From Thermoplasmata archaeon (GTDB lineage: Archaea; Thermoplasmatota; E2; UBA202; JdFR-43), in the NCBI GenBank assembly GCA_021162815.1, contig JAGGXW010000003.1, forward strand, positions 3,542-67,541: a DNA stretch of 64,000 nt, in the 5' to 3' direction. This document shows positions 26,140-35,834 of this stretch, one piece after another. The first letter of the stretch is position 1. The number at the start of each line of letters is the position of its first letter. The notes under the pieces were generated by a model. It worked only from the letters and a program-made list of their open reading frames with translations, ran no database searches and had not been told where the DNA came from. A program made the translations under genes and the position numbers.

Positions 26140-27314
26140 TCGAATTTATCCTTTGTTATTATTCTTATTTCTGCAGGAAGCTTTGCCACCTCTCCCATGG
26201 TTGTTGCCACTATTTCCTTTACTCCATTCTCAAAGGCTGTGTCCACAAGGCGCTGTGTTATGACGCCATCAAAAACGATGGTGTGGGGCTTGCTTTTTTC
26301 AATGTTTTCAACCAGTTTGGCAGTTTCCACCCTCGAAATTTCGTTGCCTTCTTCATCAATCAGCACTGCAGTGTGATTTCCCTTAACAGAATCGTATATT
26401 CGCTTTATTTTCTCCATCTCGTCATCCAGTTCCTTTTTCTTCATTCCCATGCTTTCCATGTACTGCTCGGCAGGAATCTTGTTTTTCAGTGCCTTCATCA
26501 CAAGCTTGTATGGTAGCTCTTCAACTTCCCTTGTTGGAGGCGCTCTTGCAACAAAATCAATGTCAGCCACCTGAAGAAGCTCTCTCAAAACAAGTTCTCC
26601 CCCTCTGTCTCCATCAACAAAGGCTGTGGCTATCTTTTCATTGCACAGCTCTATGATTGTTTTGGGTATGTTTGTTCCCTCCACCGCTATTGCATTCTTT
26701 ATTCCATGCCTGAGAAGATTGACAACATCATTTCTTCCTTCCACAACTATTATGGCATCGCTTTTATCCACATTTGGTCCTGCTGGAAGATGTTCTGGGC
26801 CATAGTATGTTATCTCCTCCACCTGCACGGACTGCCGTATCTCATCCGCAAGATTCGGCATCTCCTCCTTGCCCTGCTTTATCATGTCCGCAAGAATCTG
26901 CTTTGCCCTCTCCACAAGTTTCTTTCTCTTTGCAACTCTTATATCCTCAACCTTCTCGACCTTTATCTCAGCCTTGCATGGTCCTATTCTGTCAACACTC
27001 TCTATTCCTGCTGCAATTATTGCAGTTTCCACCTTTTCTAAGGCGGAGGTTAGTGTTAAGCTCCCCTCGCTCTTTCCCTTGTTTGTCTTGAGTTCAACCT
27101 CTATTCTTCCTATCCTTGCAGATTTCTGAAGATCTCTTAAATCGAGCTCCTCTCCCATCAAACCTTCTGTCTGCCCGAAAAGAGCCCCTATAACATCGCT
27201 CTTATCAACTACTCCATCCACCTTTATTTTAGCCTTTATCAAATATTTTGCCGCTGAAGGATCCAATGACAATGATATCACCTCTTTTAAACCAAATGCC
27301 TTAATCACAAACAT
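26136..27314 (-). CDS. dnaG: Archaeal DnaG-type primase (Toprim domain)
   Basis: Toprim signature AIAVEGTN ... FVDGDRGGELV plus the N-terminal domain typical of archaeal DnaG. Confidence 0.85.
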   Translation of the reverse strand: MFVIKAFGLKEVISLSLDPSAAKYLIKAKIKVDGVVDKSDVIGALFGQTEGLMGEELDLRDLQKSARIGRIEVELKTNKGKSEGSLTLTSALEKVETAIIAAGIESVDRIGPCKAEIKVEKVEDIRVAKRKKLVERAKQILADMIKQGKEEMPNLADEIRQSVQVEEITYYGPEHLPAGPNVDKSDAIIVVEGRNDVVNLLRHGIKNAIAVEGTNIPKTIIELCNEKIATAFVDGDRGGELVLRELLQVADIDFVARAPPTREVEELPYKLVMKALKNKIPAEQYMESMGMKKKELDDEMEKIKRIYDSVKGNHTAVLIDEEGNEISRVETAKLVENIEKSKPHTIVFDGVITQRLVDTAFENGVKEIVATTMGEVAKLPAEIRIITKDKFE

Positions 27315-27782
27315 TATTAAAAGCTTGCGATGATGAGGTTTGTAGAATATCGGAAGAAATAATAATACCTGTCTCCGCTCTTCTTTATCTTTTTATTAAA
27401 ACCAGAATGTAGTTATCCAGAAGTAAAATATCAATCTAAATATCAAAATAATATTTCAGATAATATTCTCTCCGTATTTGGAATTATTTTCTGTATTTTT
27501 GATTGCCGCCATGACATTTACTCTGTGATACTTTAATTACATAATGGATTTGGCTACCTTCAAATCATTTGATATTGCTCTTCTGAATATAAAACCGTTT
27601 TCAGTTTATAAAGTGATACATAGACCCCACTGGAGCAATTTTGTTATCTGAGCTGCACAGAACACACCATAATATCCACTTATTTAAACTGTTCTTCTGC
27701 CTGATTCAGTTGTAAATATAGAACATTCCAGAGATGGTGGAAAAATTTATTTTATTTCAATTCATGTATCCATAGGAATTGT

Positions 27783-28916
27783 ATGAAAGTTGCAATGGTC
27801 ACAGAGTGGTTTGATGCGAGGGGTGGTGGAGTTTCCGTGCATGTAAGGTATCTTACTGAGTTCTTGAGTAAATATGGTGTTGAAGTTGAGATAATAACAA
27901 GTCGCTGGAATTATGAAGAGATGCCCGTAGATGTACCGGTGCATGTGATTAAAGGACCAAAAGATCCATTTTTTAGAGTCAACATATCTCCCTGGATGTC
28001 TAAAGATATGATAAAAATAATAAAAAATGGAAATTTCGATGTTATTCATGCGCATCATGCATTTGCAAGAATGCCTCTTAGTGCCATCAGCATTGCCAGA
28101 GAGCTTGGTGTGCGAAGTGTGCTCACCACGCATACAGTATCATTTATGCCAGATTACGAATACCTCTGGAAAACGGTAAGTTACAGTTATCCTCTATATA
28201 GAATGATGATATCAAAGGCTGATGAAATAATTGCAGTGAGCGAATCTGCCAGAATGTTCATTTCTTATTTTACTGATGTGCCTGTGATAGTTATACCCAA
28301 TGGGGTGGATACATACAAATTTAGAAATATTGATAAGCGTATGGCTCGAGAACTGTTGGGGTTTGGTGATGAGCCATTTTTCCTGTATGTTGGCAGACTT
28401 GTGAGCAAGAAAGGCCTTTTTACTCTATTATTGGCGTTTAAAAGTGTTTTGAAAGAGGTTCCAGAAGCAAAGTTGAGGATCGCAGGCAAGGGGAAACTAA
28501 AAACTGTTCTATCTTCTTTTGCAAAAGCGCTGGGGATTGATAAAAATGTGGAATTTTTAGGTTATGTTCAGGACAATCTTCTAAATCCTCTTTTTTCGTC
28601 TGCGGATGTATTTGTTTTGCCGTCGGCATTTGGGGAATCCTTTGGCATAGTTATCCTGGAAGCTATGGCGTCAGGTACTCCAGTGATTGGCACAAAGGTG
28701 GGTGGCATAGAAGAAATTCTCAGCAATGGTAATGGTGTATTGGTTCCACCCTCAGATCCATCAGCACTGGCGAATGCTATGATTTCTCTTATAAATGATG
28801 CGGATTTACAGAGAAAAATTGTAAGAAGGGCTTTAGAAAGTGTGAGAGAGAAGTACGACTGGAGATGTGTTGCAAAAAAGGTGATGAGTGTTTATGAGAA
28901 GTCTTATGTATCGTAG
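27783..28916 (+). CDS. GT4-family glycosyltransferase
   Basis: GT-B fold with the EAMASGTPVIGTKVGGIEE donor-binding motif (E-x7-E). Confidence 0.8.
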   Translation: MKVAMVTEWFDARGGGVSVHVRYLTEFLSKYGVEVEIITSRWNYEEMPVDVPVHVIKGPKDPFFRVNISPWMSKDMIKIIKNGNFDVIHAHHAFARMPLSAISIARELGVRSVLTTHTVSFMPDYEYLWKTVSYSYPLYRMMISKADEIIAVSESARMFISYFTDVPVIVIPNGVDTYKFRNIDKRMARELLGFGDEPFFLYVGRLVSKKGLFTLLLAFKSVLKEVPEAKLRIAGKGKLKTVLSSFAKALGIDKNVEFLGYVQDNLLNPLFSSADVFVLPSAFGESFGIVILEAMASGTPVIGTKVGGIEEILSNGNGVLVPPSDPSALANAMISLINDADLQRKIVRRALESVREKYDWRCVAKKVMSVYEKSYVS

Positions 28917-29212
28917 CTCAAAACTCTATACTTTGATGCTTCAAACTATTCATGGAAAGTATTTGGATCGAAGATATCGAGAAATTGCAAGTATTGTGAA
29001 CAATCGAAGAGTTTTTGGTATTGGATGTGGACCTGCATTACTGGGTGAATACATTGTGAATACATTGGAAAAGATAGATATGCTGGGATGGATTTAAATC
29101 AGAAATTCGTGTTGTATGCCAGAAAGAAGGGATATAACTGTACAGTTGGCGATATTTTCGAAGAAGAATCCCCTGTGGTGGATGTTGGTGTGGCAGTAGA
29201 TGTACATCACTG
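28888..29212 (+). pseudogene. Frameshifted and C-terminally truncated class I SAM methyltransferase remnant
   Basis: Frame 1 gives ...RRVFGIGCGPALLGEYIVNTLEKIDM then a stop at 29097. The +2 frame continues YAGMDLNQKFVLYARKKGYNCTVGDIFEEESPVVDVGVAVDVHH then stops. Together these span MTase motifs I and II only, about 110 aa against the ~200 aa expected. Confidence 0.5.
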
Positions 29213-29342
29213 AAAACCAATTTTAGCACTTTTCAAACGACCCAATTTTTGACATTCAGTTCTTTTTCTATGATTCGGTAAATCAAAACCATGATAATCT
29301 GTGAATAAGGCTCTATCTGCCGTTAAAATTATTCTTGCCATC

Positions 29343-30725
29343 TTAATCACCTTTCATCACAGAACTTGCCATCTTTATAGCGCTGGGAATCGCCCTTCTG
29401 AATATGAAGCCCTTTCTTAAGATTAAATCTTTGATGAGATACAACGGGCGTATGTAGAAGGATATATATGCTTTCTGCAACAGTTTTGTTATTTGCTGGG
29501 AGGTGAAGTTTTTGAGTTTCATCACAGGATCCAAGGTTGTGTATTTTCTCCAGTTGAAACTCAGTATGAGGTTTTTCGATAAAGAATAATTCCACAATCT
29601 TGTTCCGGGATAGGGAGTGGCTATAGTGAACTGTGCATAATCCACTCCCACCCTTTTTGAAAATTTAATGGTTTTCTTTATATCTTTCTTTGTTTCATCA
29701 GGGAATCCAATAATGAATGCTCCTAAAGCACGGAGTTTATATTTTTTTGCTTTCTTAACTGCAGCAAGCGATTGCTCCGGTGTTATTCTTTTACCTATAA
29801 AATCCAGAGTACGTTTAGAACCGGATTCAATGCCAAAATACACGGTATGACATCCACCCCTTTTAAGAGATTGGGCAATTTCTTCATTAAAAAGATCAAC
29901 TCTGGAAGAGGCTGTCCACGAAATATCAAGTCCTTCCTCCACAATTCTTTTTGTTATCCTTATCGCTCTTGGTCTGTTAAGAGTAAAGGTATCATCTAAA
30001 AACTCTATTTCATGAATCCTGTATTTTTCATGAAGGTATTTCAATTCTTCAATTACCCTTGAATCGCTGTGCCCGCGCCACCTCTTTCCAAATTGAAGAG
30101 AAGAAGAGCAGAATGCGCAATTAAACGGGCATCCTCTGCTCGTCATTACAGTTCCAAATCTGACTCCATCTACCTGATATTTTTCCATTGGAAGTAAATC
30201 GTAGGAGGGCATGGGAATTGTATCAACATCCTTTATAAGAGGGCGCGGAGGATTATTCTTTATTTTACCGCCCATATTTATGCTTAACCCCAAAATATTT
30301 GAGACATCTCTATTTTTTTCTAAGGCATCAATAAGCTGTTTGAATGTTATTTCTCCTTCTCCCCTCACTATAAAATCTATGCATGGACATTCTTTGAATG
30401 TTTTTTCGGGAACAAATGTTACATGCGGTCCTCCTATTACGATTTTCACATTTTCATTATGTTTTTTTGCCATTTTTGCGACAGTATATGCATCAGGAAT
30501 CATGGATGTGGTTGAGGTGATACCAATAACATCGGGGTCATAACTCCTTATTATTCTATCAACATCCTCGTATGTATAATCTTCTGCCAGAGAATCAACT
30601 ATGTGAATATCATGTCCATCTCTCACCATGGAAGCCAGATATGCCAAACCGAGAGGTGGACCTGTTGTTCCGACAATTGCTTTAATTGCACTTATAGTTG
30701 GGGGAGAGAGTAGCAGAATTTTCAT
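29343..30725 (-). CDS. B12-binding domain / radical SAM protein (class B radical SAM)
   Basis: N-terminal cobalamin-binding Rossmann-like domain and the radical SAM motif RGCPFNCAFCSS. Confidence 0.8.
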   Translation of the reverse strand: MKILLLSPPTISAIKAIVGTTGPPLGLAYLASMVRDGHDIHIVDSLAEDYTYEDVDRIIRSYDPDVIGITSTTSMIPDAYTVAKMAKKHNENVKIVIGGPHVTFVPEKTFKECPCIDFIVRGEGEITFKQLIDALEKNRDVSNILGLSINMGGKIKNNPPRPLIKDVDTIPMPSYDLLPMEKYQVDGVRFGTVMTSRGCPFNCAFCSSSLQFGKRWRGHSDSRVIEELKYLHEKYRIHEIEFLDDTFTLNRPRAIRITKRIVEEGLDISWTASSRVDLFNEEIAQSLKRGGCHTVYFGIESGSKRTLDFIGKRITPEQSLAAVKKAKKYKLRALGAFIIGFPDETKKDIKKTIKFSKRVGVDYAQFTIATPYPGTRLWNYSLSKNLILSFNWRKYTTLDPVMKLKNFTSQQITKLLQKAYISFYIRPLYLIKDLILRKGFIFRRAIPSAIKMASSVMKGD

Positions 30726-32309
30726 TTAGCTCACCTCTATTTTTTCTATCTTTATATCCATCGGTTCCAGGGGCTTATCAACATCAACACCTTTCCTGAT
30801 TGCCCATTTTCTTATGCTTTGAACAATCAATCTTGAACCGAACTTTGCAAGTGGCATGAATACCAGTAAATTTGGATTCCCTTTAGTTACTCTCTTTAAA
30901 CCGTGGTCTACCTCCCATGCGAGATGTCTCCATGCATGATAAATATGCAGAATTCTTCCTTTGGTAAGATGCTCCTCAACATTAAAGAATTCCTTCTCCT
31001 TCAAACTGGCCATGGGAACAAAACCCAATGGAGTTACAGAGAAATGTGCTTTCTCACCCAGTTTTTCATATAATTTATTCTCCATTGTAACAATCAGCCT
31101 TGCTGTATCTATCTCATCTTCATCTGTCTCCCAGGGCAGGCCAACTATAGTTGTATATGCCGGAAACCAGTAGAATTTATTGAATGCGTATGTTCCGTTT
31201 AGCAGAACCCAGGGCCATTCATCAGCGCTGAATGGTTTCATCTTGTTGTTTGCTATCTTTTTTATCAACTCTGGAGAGGCTGTCTCAAACCCAACCTGGA
31301 TGCCAATCCATTTATTCAAATTTGCGTGGTCCAGCTCAGCAACCCTTTTAAGTATCCGTGGCGCAGCAAGAGCGCCTGCCACAGTGCCATGAGTGGGATT
31401 TGCGAAATCAGCTTTACTTAAAACCTCTTCAAATAAATTGATTACAGCATCTTCATTTGGATAAAAATTTCTCCTGTCCTCTACCATATAATTAAATATG
31501 TCCTCGCTGTGCAACCATGCCGTCCTCTGCCCGGCACCCAGATTTATATCCACTTCTTTCAATATTTTTTCTAAAGGATAAAATCTTGCCCTTCTCAAAT
31601 TTGGAGAACAAAATCTGCACCCTCTGCCACATCCACGCATAACCTCTATCATTCCTTTATAGGTGGGATTTACAACTGTGGGAATATCCTCAATCTTTGG
31701 CCAGTTTTTAATCTTTATAAAATTATCTGCTCCTTCATTTTCTATATCTCTGAAAATATCTCCTATGACGTGCTCGGTTTCTCCCCATATTACATGGTCT
31801 ATGCCTAACTCTTCCGTCAGATCCTGCTTCAATTCAAACTGCCATCCCGCCTGGCTTCCAACAACTATCTTGAATTTATATCCCTTTCTTTCTCTGTAAT
31901 CCCTTAATCTTCTTATAAAGGAAGTAAAAAGATATTTTGAATAGGATGTTTTCTTACCTCCCTCAGTAAACATTAAAGTTACGGGCCCCAAACCATAAGG
32001 GTCCATTGTGTTCACTCCAACTATCGTTGTTTTCTCATCTATAAATTTTTCAATCTTTTTTGGATGAGCGACTATGATATCCTCTCTCTTAAAGCCATCT
32101 TTTATAAGTGCTGCCTCCACCTTTCTTATTGCATATGGGGCCTGGATTAACATACCCCCCCTGTCTGGAAGCTGGGTGTCCAGAATTTTGTATATAAACT
32201 TTGGCACAGTTTCAACGGGTGCACATGGTAAAAAATCGAGAAGAGGTATATTCCTAAATGTGGATGTCAAGCTTGGGTCAGAGGTTAGGACTATTCTCAT
32301 TCTAATCAC
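30726..32309 (-). CDS. B12-binding-like domain / radical SAM protein (second paralog)
   Basis: A ~220-aa N-terminal Rossmann-like domain, then MRGCGRGCRFCSP. Its stop directly abuts the downstream gene. Confidence 0.7.
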   Translation of the reverse strand: MIRMRIVLTSDPSLTSTFRNIPLLDFLPCAPVETVPKFIYKILDTQLPDRGGMLIQAPYAIRKVEAALIKDGFKREDIIVAHPKKIEKFIDEKTTIVGVNTMDPYGLGPVTLMFTEGGKKTSYSKYLFTSFIRRLRDYRERKGYKFKIVVGSQAGWQFELKQDLTEELGIDHVIWGETEHVIGDIFRDIENEGADNFIKIKNWPKIEDIPTVVNPTYKGMIEVMRGCGRGCRFCSPNLRRARFYPLEKILKEVDINLGAGQRTAWLHSEDIFNYMVEDRRNFYPNEDAVINLFEEVLSKADFANPTHGTVAGALAAPRILKRVAELDHANLNKWIGIQVGFETASPELIKKIANNKMKPFSADEWPWVLLNGTYAFNKFYWFPAYTTIVGLPWETDEDEIDTARLIVTMENKLYEKLGEKAHFSVTPLGFVPMASLKEKEFFNVEEHLTKGRILHIYHAWRHLAWEVDHGLKRVTKGNPNLLVFMPLAKFGSRLIVQSIRKWAIRKGVDVDKPLEPMDIKIEKIEVS

Positions 32310-33787
32310 TTATCTGGAAGAGTTTGAGTTATCTTTTTCCACTCTTTTTCCATTATTATACATCCCGGATCTGGAGAAAGAATATCTCCGTAATAGGCAT
32401 ATGCCCTTGCCCTGCATCCTCCGCAAACATATCTGAATGAGCAGGTGTGGCACGCGTAATTTTCTGCATCTCTGTCTCTCAATTTGTTGAATACTTCACT
32501 GTTTTTCCATACATTTGTAAATCCATCTTTTAGAACATTACCTACTTTTATTGGAAGGAATACACACGGTTGGATATCTCCATTATGCTCTATTGAACAG
32601 TAAATTCTTCCTGCTCCGCATCCTCCAATGAATTCTGTTAAAGCCTTGGCGGCGCCACCAAATTCTGCAGGTATTTCCATTTCAGCAAAATGAGTTGGTG
32701 ATACCTTATCTCCTGTGCCTTTATCCATTGCAGTTATTGATATTCTTGCATATGCAGGACATGTGGAAAAAATCTGCATTTTTCCTTTTTCCCATTCATC
32801 ATATAAATACTTCATAAGTTTTTCTCTTTCAATGGGGCTGAGATCTTCTTTCACTATCTCCTTTCCTCTCCCGGTTGGTATGAAATTGAAAACAATAAAT
32901 CTATCCACCATTAACTTTCTGGCAAGCTCTATCATTTCTGGGAGGATATCCAGATTATAGTGAGTTATGGTGGTGGCTATACCTGTGGATAAACCGGCAT
33001 CTCTTGCATTTTTTATACCCCTTACTGCCCTCTCAAATGCATTCTTAACTCCTCTAAACTCATCATGAATTTCAGAATTCGGGCCATCCAAGCTAACTTC
33101 AACATATCTTATTCCAGTCTCCTTCAATCTTTTTGCAATATTCTCTGTTATCAGTGTCCCATTTGTCGCAATCGAAATATAAAATCCTTTTGAAGCGGCG
33201 TATTCTGCAACTTTCCAGAAATCTTTATTCATCAACGGCTCTCCTCCTGAGAAAGATATTGCTGCCACACCTGCCTCATCCAGTTGGTCAACAACATTTA
33301 ATTTTTCTTCTAAAGTAAGTTCATCAGGTGCCGGATATGGCGTTGCATTGGCGTAGCAATGCTTGCATTTGAGATTGCATTGCTTTGTAAAATCCCATAC
33401 AACCATAAAAGGGGCAATTAATCTCTGGGGTTTTGTAATCCCGTATTCGGCAATACTCCTTATTACTACTGCAAAACCTTTTCTCATATAGGGATCTTTA
33501 AGAAATTTTTTAATTGCATCTGGTTCTGCACCAAATTTTTCAGCACCTTTTTCAAGTGTACTTCCTACAATCTTGGCATGAAGACCTTCTCTAACATCTT
33601 CTGGCTCTTCAACACCTGCATATATCGCAAATGATTTCTCCAATTTTTTCACTTCGGTCATTTTTTTCAGAATGAAATTTATAAATTTATGATCCATAAT
33701 TTTGTGGAGATATTCTATGATCTCCCCTTCATTCATGTTATTTTTCATGTTATTTTTCTCACTCATTGCTACCCACCTCTTCATCAA
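32306..33787 (-). CDS. Radical SAM protein with C-terminal SPASM/twitch-type auxiliary cluster domain
   Basis: CNLKCKHC (Cx3Cx2C) about 130 aa from the N-terminus. C-terminal Cys-rich region CGAGRIYCS ... CHTCSFRYVCGGCRARAY. Confidence 0.8.
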   Translation of the reverse strand: MMKRWVAMSEKNNMKNNMNEGEIIEYLHKIMDHKFINFILKKMTEVKKLEKSFAIYAGVEEPEDVREGLHAKIVGSTLEKGAEKFGAEPDAIKKFLKDPYMRKGFAVVIRSIAEYGITKPQRLIAPFMVVWDFTKQCNLKCKHCYANATPYPAPDELTLEEKLNVVDQLDEAGVAAISFSGGEPLMNKDFWKVAEYAASKGFYISIATNGTLITENIAKRLKETGIRYVEVSLDGPNSEIHDEFRGVKNAFERAVRGIKNARDAGLSTGIATTITHYNLDILPEMIELARKLMVDRFIVFNFIPTGRGKEIVKEDLSPIEREKLMKYLYDEWEKGKMQIFSTCPAYARISITAMDKGTGDKVSPTHFAEMEIPAEFGGAAKALTEFIGGCGAGRIYCSIEHNGDIQPCVFLPIKVGNVLKDGFTNVWKNSEVFNKLRDRDAENYACHTCSFRYVCGGCRARAYAYYGDILSPDPGCIIMEKEWKKITQTLPDK

Positions 33788-34199
33788 TCTTTCCCAGATA
33801 TCTCAAACCATCTTCTATATGCTTAATTAATTCTCTATATTTATCTTTTTTATTTTCAAGAGATTCCCTCGCCTCGGTAAGAAATTTTATGACTCTTCTT
33901 CTTTCATTAGTTATTATTTTTACAAAATCAATAACTGCTCTGTAAGCGTAACATTTGCCCTTTTTATCTCTCTCTACAAGTTCATACCTCCTTAAATGAT
34001 TTAGAGCATTGACCACAGAACTATATGCATAGTCTATTTCTTGAGATATCTCCTTAGCACTCATGGGGGTGTTTTTAATTGCAAGTAAGGCGTATATTGT
34101 TGCTTCAATATCTCCCAAACCCCAGTGTGCCATTACTTTTTTTAAAGTGCGAAATGCTGCATGGTTTATAATATTTCTCATGTATTTGAGATATATCAT
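33759..34199 (-). CDS. Winged helix-turn-helix transcriptional regulator
   Basis: MSAKEISQEIDYAYSSVVNALNHLRRYELVERDKKGKCYAYRAV gives an HTH plus wing pattern. Overlaps the start of the radical SAM gene. Confidence 0.55.
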   Translation of the reverse strand: MIYLKYMRNIINHAAFRTLKKVMAHWGLGDIEATIYALLAIKNTPMSAKEISQEIDYAYSSVVNALNHLRRYELVERDKKGKCYAYRAVIDFVKIITNERRRVIKFLTEARESLENKKDKYRELIKHIEDGLRYLGKIDEEVGSNE

Positions 34200-34470
34200 A
34201 ATGATATATAAATATTCCTCCTATTTTTAACCAGCTCTTCATTATATTTTCTTTACCCCTTCCAAAGAATGGAAAAAAGAAAAGAATAAAATTTGCTATT
34301 CGTTCAACAAAGCAGTTATATGTATAACTCAGGCATCATCAAAACAAAATGAACAAATTTATTCATCATCACACATTCATTTTCATTTGATTTTTCATCT
34401 GTTAAATTAAACTTTAACGGGGTTAAAATTCTTTTTAGGTAGTGTTTATTTATATGCCTAATTTTAAGGT
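34200..34470. promoter_or_regulatory. Divergent intergenic region between the wHTH/radical-SAM operon and the LuxE-like/transglutaminase-like pair
   Basis: 271-nt AT-rich spacer. GGAGG sits 17 nt before the regulator ATG. Confidence 0.3.
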
Positions 34471-35832
34471 TTGATGCAGAATAATGATTATCTACCGAAG
34501 TTCAATAAGTATGCGAAAGATTATGTCCCGCATGTTAATACTCCAGTGGAGAAGGCAGTTTATGAGCCAAAGAGCTTTTTCAGCATTCCCGACAGGGAGG
34601 CAAATGAGTACAAATTCAAGGCAATAAAGTATGCATTCAAACATCATTATGAGAACAATTCATTTTACAGGCAGATGTGCAAGGAGAAGGGTGTGACTCC
34701 AGATGATATAAAGAGTATAGATGATTTTGTTAAGATTCCTCTTGTGCCTCATGAATTTTTTAAAGGTTATCCATCCGGCAAGGAATTTGCCATGTGGCTT
34801 GTTAGCATAATGAGCATTGACCCTCCAAAAATAGTTGTTAAGGGTAAAAATCCAACATATGATGATGTTATCTCAGCCTTTGCAGATGCCGGCATAGTTG
34901 TTGCATACAGCAGCGGAACGACGGGCAGATTCACATTCATACCCAGAGATGAGAACACATACAAGATGGCGGAATATTCCATAGGAAAGAGTGCCATTGA
35001 CATGCTCCAGCACTGGTGGGATTATGATACCTATGCATATCTTCTATTCCCCGATCCCAGAACAACAAACATATATGTGGGAAAGGTTACAAGAATTCTC
35101 TTTGATGTTGTGAAGGATACGAGAGTTGCTATTGAAACGAAAATAACCACAGACCTGCTCCGCATTTCCATGGGAAACGTTAGAAATCTGAAGGAAAAGA
35201 TGTTGAGCAAGCTCATAGCAAGCAAAATGAAGAAGATGAATGACCAGATGGTAAATAAGATAATAAAATGGGCTGATGAAAGGAATAAGAACAAAGACAG
35301 GATATTCTTTGCAGGCGCTCCCTTCATACTCAACATGGTCATGGAAAAGATGGATGAGGATGGCATTCGGTATGATTTTGGAGAAAGAGGAGCGATACTC
35401 ACGGGCGGCGGCTGGAAGACGCAGGAGGACAAAAGATTGCCTGTTGAGGAGTTCAGAAAGAAGGTGGAGGAGTTTTTCGGCATACCTCCTGAGAATACTC
35501 TTGACTTATATGCCATGGTGGAGGGAAATGGATTCATTGTTCACTGTCCGGAGAGCCATTATCTGCATATTCCAAAAACATATTATCATCCCATTGTGCT
35601 TGATGAGAATGATGAGCCTGTAGCTCCAGGAGAGGAGGGCAGGTTTGCATTCCTTGATGCTATTCCAAAAAGTTATCCTGGTTTCATAAAGACGGGAGAT
35701 AAAGTGAAGCTTATCGATAGCTGCGATTGCGGAAGAGAGGGTTATGTTCTTGAGCCTGAGGTTAGCAGAATAAGGGGCGAGGAAATAAGAGGTTGTGCTG
35801 AGGAAATGAGAAGAATTTTGAGAGAGGGATAA
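34471..35832 (+). CDS. Adenylate-forming enzyme, LuxE acyl-protein synthetase / PaaK-like family
   Basis: AMP-binding motifs AYSSGTTGRFTFIP and ILTGGGWK. Overall length and pattern resemble LuxE/F390-synthetase-like enzymes. Confidence 0.6.
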   Translation: MMQNNDYLPKFNKYAKDYVPHVNTPVEKAVYEPKSFFSIPDREANEYKFKAIKYAFKHHYENNSFYRQMCKEKGVTPDDIKSIDDFVKIPLVPHEFFKGYPSGKEFAMWLVSIMSIDPPKIVVKGKNPTYDDVISAFADAGIVVAYSSGTTGRFTFIPRDENTYKMAEYSIGKSAIDMLQHWWDYDTYAYLLFPDPRTTNIYVGKVTRILFDVVKDTRVAIETKITTDLLRISMGNVRNLKEKMLSKLIASKMKKMNDQMVNKIIKWADERNKNKDRIFFAGAPFILNMVMEKMDEDGIRYDFGERGAILTGGGWKTQEDKRLPVEEFRKKVEEFFGIPPENTLDLYAMVEGNGFIVHCPESHYLHIPKTYYHPIVLDENDEPVAPGEEGRFAFLDAIPKSYPGFIKTGDKVKLIDSCDCGREGYVLEPEVSRIRGEEIRGCAEEMRRILREG

Positions 35833-35834
35833 AA

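Noticed and set aside
27762-28133. 123-aa minus-strand ORF overlapping the start of the GT4 gene
   Set aside because: It overlaps a well-supported glycosyltransferase on the opposite strand and has no recognisable features.
34350-34391. 13-aa ORF MNKFIHHHTFIFI in the divergent spacer as a possible RiPP precursor for the radical SAM cluster
   Set aside because: It is too short, has no RBS or promoter evidence and no Cys/Ser/Thr-rich core. It is mentioned only as a thing to test.
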